Source: Longimicrobiales bacterium (GTDB lineage Bacteria; Gemmatimonadota; Gemmatimonadetes; Longimicrobiales; Gaopeijiaceae). Taken from it: a stretch of 64,000 nt of DNA. The notes beneath the pieces are model-generated. The model did no database searches. It saw only the letters and a program-made list of their open reading frames with translations, and was not told the DNA's origin. This document shows positions 40,465-47,799 of the stretch, piece by piece (the stretch's first letter is position 1; the number at the start of each line of letters is the position of its first letter). Position numbers and translations under genes: made by a program. The stretch lies in contig CBDAON010000004.1 in assembly GCA_965198065.1 (NCBI GenBank), positions 2,464,001-2,528,000 on the forward strand. Direction: 5' to 3'.

Positions 40465-41451
40465 CTACCGAGCGCCGGGGCCGAAGAGGAGCCCCCCGTG
40501 ACCCAGCGCCTGGAGGTCGCTCCCGGCGAGCCGCTCCCCCGCGAGGAGCCTCGGAACGATCGCGTCGAACCCGTCCGGCGCGGTGCCACGCACGCAGCCG
40601 GGGGCTCCGATCACGGGAACCTCCCGAAGATAGGCCAGGAGGAGGAGGTGTCCGGGGTCCATAGCGAGACCCAGGTGCTCCACCCGACCCCCCGCAGCCC
40701 GGATGCCTCTCGGGATCACGTCGTGCAGATCCATGATCGCGGTCTCGCCGGCCAGGACCACGAGGCCGGCGCCGCCATTGATCTGCTTCTGGAGCTCCTC
40801 GGCCAGGCCGAGCTCGTCCGGGGGCGAGAAAGTGGGCACTCCGACCGTACAGCCGAGCCTCTCCATCCGTGCTCGAATCGCTCGCCCGAGACCGTCGGCC
40901 AGCCCGGCCCACGCGCCCCTCGTCCCAACGAGGACGATGCCGACCCGGAGCGGCTCCAGGGCTCGGACGCTCACGATCTGGCGCTCGCTCGCGAGCGCCT
41001 CCGCCCGCTCCACCGCCTCCCATGGCAGCGCGTAGGGAATGACCTTTACCGTTGCGACGCGGTCGCCCGCGCGGGCCAGGGCGTGGGTCCGCAAGGTCGC
41101 CACGGTGAGTCCCTCGATCCGGTTCAGCCGGTCGAGCGTGTCGGCCTCGACCCGAACGACACCGGTCCGGCTAGCCGTTAGGTTGACACGCCCGGCGTGA
41201 GATCTCCCTGCCTCCACGCCGGGCCCCGCGAGGAGTCGCCCGACGCGGGCGGCGGCCTCGTCCTCGGCCACGTCATCCGGATCCGGCTCGGCGACGTACA
41301 CCTCCGCGAACCCGAGCTCCTCGAGTGTCCGGATCGCGGCCTCGTCCACCCGGTGCCCCTTTCTCAGGGCCCGCTGGCCGTCGGGGCCCGTGATGTTGTG
41401 CGCGAGGATCCTTCCCTTCGCCTCGTCCACCGGCACCGGACCGAACCTCAA
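40465..41451 (-). CDS. Molybdopterin-binding protein (MoeA/MocA-associated domain)
   Basis: MRFGPVP..A.G.ILAH, EDEAA, GRVNL, ATVKVIPY, DPGHLLLL, GAPGC, GHGGLL. Confidence 0.85.
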   Translation of the reverse strand: MRFGPVPVDEAKGRILAHNITGPDGQRALRKGHRVDEAAIRTLEELGFAEVYVAEPDPDDVAEDEAAARVGRLLAGPGVEAGRSHAGRVNLTASRTGVVRVEADTLDRLNRIEGLTVATLRTHALARAGDRVATVKVIPYALPWEAVERAEALASERQIVSVRALEPLRVGIVLVGTRGAWAGLADGLGRAIRARMERLGCTVGVPTFSPPDELGLAEELQKQINGGAGLVVLAGETAIMDLHDVIPRGIRAAGGRVEHLGLAMDPGHLLLLAYLREVPVIGAPGCVRGTAPDGFDAIVPRLLAGERLAGSDLQALGHGGLLFGPGAR

Positions 41452-41487
41452 GAGATCCCGCCGGTCATGCCCGATGGTCCCCGGACG

Positions 41488-42219
41488 TCACCGGGCGGAG
41501 TCCCCGCGGCCGTTCCTCACGGCGATGATCTGGGTCATGGTCGCGAGCGCGATCTCCTCCGCCCTCCGGGCCCCGACATCGAGCCCGATCGGGGCGTGGA
41601 TGCGCGCGATCTCCTCGTCGGTGGCCCCGGCCTCCTTCAGGGCCTTCACACGCCGCGCGTGCGTTCGAGCCGACCCGAGGGCGCCGATGTAGGGGGCCGG
41701 GCTCCTGATCGCCGCAAGGAGCGCCGGATTGTCGAGCTTCGCGTCGTGGGTGATCACGACTATGTAGCTGAACTCGTCCAGCCCCAGCCGGGGGAGGATC
41801 TCGTTCGGCCATCCCAGGAGAAGCTCGTCCACGTCGGGAAAGCGCTCGGGAGTCGCGAACCTCCCGCGCGCGTCGCTCACGACCACGCGGAAGCCCAGCT
41901 CCCTCGCGAAGCGTCCCAGAGCGGTCGCGATGTGAACGGCGCCCACGATGATCAGTCGCGGCGGAGGGAGATGGGCCTCGATGAAGATCCTCCTCCCCCC
42001 GATCTCCACCGTCTCGGAGCGTCCCGATGCGAGCAGGGACCGGGCCAGCTCCTCGACCTTCGCGTCCAGGTGCGGCGAGCCGAGGCTCCCCAGGGCGAGG
42101 CTGGAGCGATCGACGAGGAGCTTGGAGCCGACTCCTTCGGGCCCGTCCAGCACCGTTGCTACCGCGACCGGCTCGTGGCCCTTCACGCGGTCCACGAACC
42201 ACTGAAAAGGCGACGTCAC
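41488..42219 (-). CDS. xdhC: XdhC/CoxI family Moco chaperone, C-terminal part
   Basis: RLIIVGAVHIA, FATPERFP, THDAKLD, YIGALGS, IHAPIGLD, EEIALA. Confidence 0.9.
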   Translation of the reverse strand: MTSPFQWFVDRVKGHEPVAVATVLDGPEGVGSKLLVDRSSLALGSLGSPHLDAKVEELARSLLASGRSETVEIGGRRIFIEAHLPPPRLIIVGAVHIATALGRFARELGFRVVVSDARGRFATPERFPDVDELLLGWPNEILPRLGLDEFSYIVVITHDAKLDNPALLAAIRSPAPYIGALGSARTHARRVKALKEAGATDEEIARIHAPIGLDVGARRAEEIALATMTQIIAVRNGRGDSAR

Positions 42220-42530
42220 CAGTCGAGGGGCTCCACGAAGACCTCGATGGTGCCTCCGCACGAGAGCCCGACGGCCCACGCCTCCTCGTCGGCGACGCCG
42301 AACGTGAGGAGGCGAGGCTCTCGAGTCTCGAGCACCTCGAGCGCCGCCTCGGAGACGGCGCCCTCGACGCACCCTCCGCTCACGGAGCCGACCATCTTTT
42401 CGGAGGCAGTGATCGCCATCTTGGAGCCCACGGCGCGCGGCGAGGATCCCACGGTCCGCACGACTGTGGCGAGGGCGATGTCCTCGCCGGCGGCCTTCCA
42501 GGCTTCCAGGGTGGAAAGGATGTCGTGCAT
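42216..42530 (-). CDS. xdhC: XdhC/CoxI family, N-terminal part
   Basis: ALATVV..GSSPR.VG, GSVSGGCVE, GLSCGGTIEVFVE. Confidence 0.9.
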   Translation of the reverse strand: MHDILSTLEAWKAAGEDIALATVVRTVGSSPRAVGSKMAITASEKMVGSVSGGCVEGAVSEAALEVLETREPRLLTFGVADEEAWAVGLSCGGTIEVFVEPLDW

Positions 42531-42557
42531 GGTGGAGCGCCCCTCGGAAATGCCGAG

Positions 42558-43619
42558 TCAGCCGCCGATCCTGGACATCTCGACCCTCGGGAGCTCGACG
42601 GTGGCCTCGCTCCGGAGCTCCGAGTACCGGTCGCGCCGGCCCGTCCACACCCCGAGGATGTGGTCGGCGATCTCCCGATCGGATCGACCGTCCCGGAGGA
42701 GTGGCCGGAGCGGGTGCCCGCGGCTGGCGAAGAGGCAGGTGAAGACCTCGCCGTCGGCGGTGAGGCGGGCCCGGTTGCAATCCCCGCAGAAGGGAAGGGT
42801 CACCGACCCGATGATGCCGATTTCGCCGGCCCCGTCGGCGTAGCGATACCGGCTCGCGACCTCGCCCCGATACTTCGGCTCGACGGGCTCGAGCGGCCAG
42901 CGCGCATCCACCCGGTCTCGGATCTCCCGTGCGGAAACCACGTCGTCCATCCGCCATCCGTTCGAGTTGCCGACGTCCATGAACTCGATGAAGCGGAGGA
43001 CGTGGCCGGTGCCGCGGAAGTGCTCGGCCAGCTTCAGGATCTGGTCCTCGTTCACGCCCCGCTTCACAACCATGTTGACCTTGACTGGAGCGAGGCCGGC
43101 ATCCTCCGCGTCCTGGATTCCGTCCAGCACCGTGCGCACGGGCACGTCCATGTCGCTCATCGCCCGGAACACGGCGTCGTCCAGCGCGTCGAGGCTCACC
43201 GTGACGCGCCGGAGACCGGCCTCCCTCAGGGCGCCAGCCCGCCCGGGTAGGAGCGACGCGTTCGTGGTCATCGTCAGATCGCCGATCCCCTCGACCTTCC
43301 AGAGCATCCGGACCAGGGTTTCCAGGTCCCGGCGCAGGAGCGGCTCTCCGCCCGTGATCCGGACCTTCTCCACGCCCAGGCCAACGAAGATCCGAGCGAG
43401 CCGGCAGATCTCCTCGAAGCTCAGGATCTCATCCTTGGGCAGGAACCGGAATCCAGCCCCGAACACCTCCTTCGGCATGCAGTAGACGCAGCGGAAGTTG
43501 CAGCGGTCCGTAACCGAGATGCGGAGGTCGTGGAGGCGCCGTCCCAGCAGATCGGCCGGGTGAGGTGTCTCCGTGACGGGAAGCGGCTGGCCCCGGGAGA
43601 GGGGCGAAGGCGTGACCAT
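42558..43619 (-). CDS. moaA: GTP 3',8-cyclase (radical SAM)
   Basis: LRISVTDRCNFRCVYCMP, TGGEP, FCGDCNRARL..TCLF, C-terminal MSRIGG. Confidence 0.96.
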   Translation of the reverse strand: MVTPSPLSRGQPLPVTETPHPADLLGRRLHDLRISVTDRCNFRCVYCMPKEVFGAGFRFLPKDEILSFEEICRLARIFVGLGVEKVRITGGEPLLRRDLETLVRMLWKVEGIGDLTMTTNASLLPGRAGALREAGLRRVTVSLDALDDAVFRAMSDMDVPVRTVLDGIQDAEDAGLAPVKVNMVVKRGVNEDQILKLAEHFRGTGHVLRFIEFMDVGNSNGWRMDDVVSAREIRDRVDARWPLEPVEPKYRGEVASRYRYADGAGEIGIIGSVTLPFCGDCNRARLTADGEVFTCLFASRGHPLRPLLRDGRSDREIADHILGVWTGRRDRYSELRSEATVELPRVEMSRIGG

Positions 43620-43621
43620 GG

Positions 43622-46084
43622 GTGGGAAAGTACCTTCCGTACCGTCGGACGTACACCTGCCAACTCGAACCTGGAGCTTCCTTGCCTTTCTGCTACCGCC
43701 CTGGGCCTCGGCTCTCGCCAACGACCGAACGCTCGTCTGCGCGCTCGTCTACTTCCCATCACCGCCCGACTCCGACGGCCGGCCCGGGCTGGGTCCCGCT
43801 CGGCGTCCTGCTGCTCGCCGGGGCCGGCCCGCTCGAGGCCCAGGACCCCAGGCCAATCGAGGCGATCGGGGGAGGAGACCCGGCCGCGGCGGCCCCGAGC
43901 CCGGCCCTTCCCGACCGTCGCTCGATGACGGCTGAGCGGCTCCAGGAGGGTGAGCAGATCGAGCTGGACGGCATCCTGGACGAGCCGGCGTGGCAGCGCG
44001 CGGCGCCGGCCACCGACTTCATCCAGCAGGATCCGGTGTTCGGGGGCACGCCGACCGAGCGGACCGAGGTCCGGATCGTCTTCAACCGCGAGAGCCTCTA
44101 CATGAGCTTTCTCGCGTACGACTCAGAGCCCGATCGCCTGCTCGGCAACACGATGAAGCGGGACGAGTTCCTGTCCGCCGACGACCGCTTCATGTGGACC
44201 ATGGACCCGTTCTTCGACCAGCAGACCGGATACTTCTTCGAGATGAACCCGTCGGGGCTGATGGCGGATGCGCTGCTCGTGGCGGGCGGCGGGAACGAAC
44301 GGTCGTGGGACGGGATCTGGGACGCTTACGTGCGGCGGCACGAGGAAGGCTACACGATCGAGATCGAAATCCCGTTTCGAACGCTCAACTTCGACCCGAA
44401 CGCGCCGGCGTGGGGGATCAACTTCCAGCGCACGATCCGTCGGAAGAGCGAGGAGAACCTGTGGACCGGGCACGAGCGAAACCAGGGCCTCCGCCGGATG
44501 TCGAACGCAGGGCTCCTCCTCGGGATCTCGGATGTGACCCAGGGGCGCGGGCTGGACGTAAAGCCGTACGTGACGGCGACGACCTTCGACGCGCCGGGAG
44601 ATCCGGACGCGGGCCCGAGGGACACGGACGCCGACGTCGGCGTGGACCTCTTCTACAACCTCACGCCCGATCTGCGTGCGAACCTGACCGTGAACACGGA
44701 CTTTGCGCAGACCGAGGTAGATCAGCGCCTCGTGAACCTCACGCGCTTCCCCCTCCGCTACCCTGAGCAGCGCGACTTCTTCCTGGACGGCTCGCCCTTC
44801 TTCGCCTTCGCGTCGAGCGGCGGTGGGCGGGGCGGGGGCGGCGGCGGGCGGGGCGGGGGCGGCGGGGGCGGCGGCGTCGAGCCGTTCTTCAGTCGCCGGA
44901 TCGGTCTCGACCAAAGCGGGATTCCGCAGGAAGTGGAGTTGGGTGGAAAGCTCACCGGCCGGGCCGGGGCGCAGGACATCGGCCTGCTCCAGGTGCGGAC
45001 AGGAGAGGAGCGGCGGGACGGGGAGACGATCGCGGGCGAGGACTTCAGCGTCCTTCGGGTCAAGCGACGGATCTTCACGCAGTCCTACGTGGGGAGCATC
45101 TACACGCTGCGCCATACGCGGGACGGTGGGACTTCCGAGGACCGGCACACGGCGGGCACGGACTTCCGGCTTGCCACGTCCGCCTTCCGCGGAGCCGACA
45201 ACCTGTTCCTCTCCGGGTTCTTGCTCTGGACTACGAACCTCGCCGACGCGGGCGAAAACCTCGCCTATGGGCTGAACCTGGACTATCCGAACGATCCCTG
45301 GTCGGGGAGGATGTCGTTCACCGAGGTGCAGCCGAACCACAGCCCCGCGGTCGGTTTCGTGTCCCGCCGCGGGTATCGGGGCTACAGCCCGTCCATCGGG
45401 TTCTCCCCGCGGCCGGTGGCCCACCCGTGGATCCGCCAGTTCAACTTCAACGCGAACGCTGACGTCCGCACGAACATGGACAACGCCGTCGTCACGCGGG
45501 TGCTCGGGCTCCAGCCGTTCGGAATCAACACCCACGCGGGCGAGAGCCTGAACGTCTCGGTCAGTCGCAACTACGAGCGGCTCGAGCGGGACTTCGAGAT
45601 CCAGGACGGCGTGATCCTTCCCGAAGGAAGCGACTATACGTTCACGCGGTATCGGGTCCAGATCGGCACGGCCAACCGCCGGGTGCTCTCCACTTCGTCC
45701 GGCTTCGAGTTCGGGGAATTCTTCTCCGGCGAGCGCGAGGAAGTGTCGGTGAACCTCGGGATCCGGCCGATGGTGGGTGTCGTGGCGAACCTGTCGACCG
45801 AGTGGAATCGAGTGCGGCTTCCCGAAGGCGACTTCCAGACCCGCTTGTACCGGGGAACCCTGGACACCCAGTTCAACCCGTGGATTTACGTGGTGAACAC
45901 CCTCCAGTACGACTCCGTGACGGGTGGGCTGGGGTGGCAGATCCGCTTCCGGTGGACGGTCGATCCGGGAAACGACCTCTACGTCGTCTATACGCACAAC
46001 TGGCTCGAGGACCCGCTCGGCGACCGCTTCCTTAGCCAGGATCGTCGCGGGGCCGCGAAGTTCGTGTACACGTACCGCTGGTAG
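43622..46084 (+). CDS. CBM9-like plus DUF5916 outer-membrane protein
   Basis: IELDGILDEPAW, EIEIPFRTL, WGINFQR, NTDFAQTEVD, NLTRF.L..PEQRDFF, FFSRRIG, aromatic C-terminus YTYRW; true start uncertain (signal-like segment near 43790-43840). Confidence 0.8.
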   Translation: MGKYLPYRRTYTCQLEPGASLPFCYRPGPRLSPTTERSSARSSTSHHRPTPTAGPGWVPLGVLLLAGAGPLEAQDPRPIEAIGGGDPAAAAPSPALPDRRSMTAERLQEGEQIELDGILDEPAWQRAAPATDFIQQDPVFGGTPTERTEVRIVFNRESLYMSFLAYDSEPDRLLGNTMKRDEFLSADDRFMWTMDPFFDQQTGYFFEMNPSGLMADALLVAGGGNERSWDGIWDAYVRRHEEGYTIEIEIPFRTLNFDPNAPAWGINFQRTIRRKSEENLWTGHERNQGLRRMSNAGLLLGISDVTQGRGLDVKPYVTATTFDAPGDPDAGPRDTDADVGVDLFYNLTPDLRANLTVNTDFAQTEVDQRLVNLTRFPLRYPEQRDFFLDGSPFFAFASSGGGRGGGGGGRGGGGGGGGVEPFFSRRIGLDQSGIPQEVELGGKLTGRAGAQDIGLLQVRTGEERRDGETIAGEDFSVLRVKRRIFTQSYVGSIYTLRHTRDGGTSEDRHTAGTDFRLATSAFRGADNLFLSGFLLWTTNLADAGENLAYGLNLDYPNDPWSGRMSFTEVQPNHSPAVGFVSRRGYRGYSPSIGFSPRPVAHPWIRQFNFNANADVRTNMDNAVVTRVLGLQPFGINTHAGESLNVSVSRNYERLERDFEIQDGVILPEGSDYTFTRYRVQIGTANRRVLSTSSGFEFGEFFSGEREEVSVNLGIRPMVGVVANLSTEWNRVRLPEGDFQTRLYRGTLDTQFNPWIYVVNTLQYDSVTGGLGWQIRFRWTVDPGNDLYVVYTHNWLEDPLGDRFLSQDRRGAAKFVYTYRW
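44818..44876 (+). repeat. G-rich tandem repeat encoding GGGRGGGGGGRGGGGGGGG
   Basis: Two near-identical ~21-nt units followed by GGC/GGG triplets, in frame within the DUF5916 gene. Confidence 0.75.
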
Positions 46085-46179
46085 GGGAACGTCTCGCCCA
46101 CGGTGGGTCGGACTGCGCGGCGCGCTCCCAGGCCTTTCGCCTTGTCCTCATGCGCAGGTTGCCGTAACTCTCCATCATC

Positions 46180-46965
46180 ATGGACGTCCGGGTCTCCTTT
46201 TATGGAAACCTCATGCGCCTGGCCGGCGGCCGGACGCGGACGGTCCGGGTCGGCGGCAGCCCGCCCACCGTCGGAGATTTGAGGGCTGCCGTCGCTCGGG
46301 ACCTTCCAGAGTTGGCGCCCCACCTCGCGCATGTCGCCGTGGGGATGGGCGCAGAGGTCTTCCCCGACGAAGCGGTCCTTCGAACCGATTCGGAAGTCTC
46401 CCTCCTCCCTCCGGTGAGCGGCGGCGCTCCGGCGTCTAGCGGGGGCGGATCGCCCCCGCGCAATTCTTCGCTGGGCGAGGGCGCGCCCCGCATCCAGGAC
46501 GGCCCGCTCTCCCTCGACGCGCTACTCCTCGAAACCACCGGCGTCGACGCGGGCGCCCTCGTGGTCTTCGCGGGAACGGTGCGGGCGAACGACGGAGGGG
46601 AGGAGATTGCCGCGCTCGAGTACGACGTGCAGCGCGAGATGGCCGAGAAGTCGATCCAGGAGATCGAGGCCGATCTCGAGGGGCGCCCCGGCGTGCTCGC
46701 CTGCCGGATCGCGCACCGGGTAGGGGCGGTCCCGGCCGGTGAGCCCAGCGTGTACGTGGTGGTTCGGGCCCGGCACCGCGGAGAGGCCTTCGACGCCGCC
46801 CGGGCCGGGATTGATCGGGTGAAGGCCGAGGCGCCCATCTGGAAGGAGGACGTCCGTCCCGACGGGAGCCGCAGGGCTCACGCCGGTTCCGATGCCACTC
46901 CCCTCGTCGAGCGAGCCCCACGGCCCCTTTCGACCGGCGTTTTCGGCGCCGAGGACGATGGTTGA
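46180..46965 (+). CDS. MoaD-MoaE fused molybdopterin synthase
   Basis: Ubiquitin-like N-terminus ending LLPPVSGG, linker, then MoaE motifs GALVVFAGTVR, LEY, HRVG, KAEAPIWKE. Confidence 0.9.
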   Translation: MDVRVSFYGNLMRLAGGRTRTVRVGGSPPTVGDLRAAVARDLPELAPHLAHVAVGMGAEVFPDEAVLRTDSEVSLLPPVSGGAPASSGGGSPPRNSSLGEGAPRIQDGPLSLDALLLETTGVDAGALVVFAGTVRANDGGEEIAALEYDVQREMAEKSIQEIEADLEGRPGVLACRIAHRVGAVPAGEPSVYVVVRARHRGEAFDAARAGIDRVKAEAPIWKEDVRPDGSRRAHAGSDATPLVERAPRPLSTGVFGAEDDG

Positions 46966-46991
46966 CACCCACGAAGGACGGAAGCTAAGAT
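46962..46991 (+). promoter_or_regulatory. Sigma70-like promoter of the molybdoenzyme operon
   Basis: TTGACA-18 nt-TAAGAT; strong SD GGAGGAGG before the ATG at 47106. Confidence 0.6.
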
Positions 46992-47105
46992 TGCGCCAGT
47001 AAAGAAGGAGGAAATCCCCAGCGGCTCTCGGTTCCCCTGACGAGTCGCAACCGGGCCGTCGGCGCCGGTAGGCCCGGAGGCACCACATCGGAGGAGGACC
47101 ACTCG

Positions 47106-47735
47106 ATGGAAATCCAGGAGATCCTCGTTGCGGATCGGGGGGTATCCCGCCGGTCCTTCATCAAGGGTGTGATCGCGGCCGGAGCCACAGCGTCTTCGGC
47201 CTCGTACCTTTTCAGGGGGACGACTCTAGTCCAGGCGCAGACGGCTCCCGGAGCCGTGGAGCGGCTGATCACGCTGAACGTGAACGGCCAGTCCCGCCCG
47301 GTGGACGTGTCGCCTCAAGAGACCCTGGGCCATACGCTCCGGTACAAGCTGGGGCTGACCGGCCCCAAGTATGGGTGTGACCGCGCGGAGTGCGGCGCCT
47401 GCACGGTCCTCGTCGACGGGCTCGCGAGGTACTCGTGCTCGCTGCTCACGCACCAGGTCCGGGGCCGTCAGGTCACGACGATCGAGGGCCTCGAGTCGCC
47501 CACTGGCGAGCTCAGCCCGGTTCAGCAGGCCGTTTACGATGAGGCCGGGTTCCAGTGCGCGTTTTGCGCGTCCGGGTTCATCATGGCCATGACGAGCATG
47601 CTGAATCAGAACCCGAATCCGACACCCGAAGAGACTCGGCGGATGATTGGCGGCAACCTGTGCCGTTGCGGGGACTACGACAAGATTCTCCGGAGTGCCA
47701 TGAGGGCCGTGGAGTACAACCGCGCCACCGCCTGA
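47106..47735 (+). CDS. 2x[2Fe-2S] subunit with Tat signal (PaoA/CoxS-like)
   Basis: SRRSFIK twin-arginine signal with VQA cleavage site; GCDRAECGACTV, QCAFC, NLCRCG. Confidence 0.93.
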   Translation: MEIQEILVADRGVSRRSFIKGVIAAGATASSASYLFRGTTLVQAQTAPGAVERLITLNVNGQSRPVDVSPQETLGHTLRYKLGLTGPKYGCDRAECGACTVLVDGLARYSCSLLTHQVRGRQVTTIEGLESPTGELSPVQQAVYDEAGFQCAFCASGFIMAMTSMLNQNPNPTPEETRRMIGGNLCRCGDYDKILRSAMRAVEYNRATA

Positions 47736-47799
47736 GCATTCAGGGATGATCTGCTGACGTACTTCATGCCGGGGGGAACCCCGAGGGAGGCATAGGAAG

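Noticed and set aside
42214..42222. Selenocysteine or read-through at the TGA between the xdhC halves
   Set aside because: The second half starts in another frame through a GTGA overlap; split XdhC is a common arrangement.
46992..47105. Moco/Wco riboswitch before the molybdoenzyme operon or moaA
   Set aside because: No recognisable conserved Moco-RNA elements, and moaA appears leaderless; a covariance search would be needed to exclude it fully.
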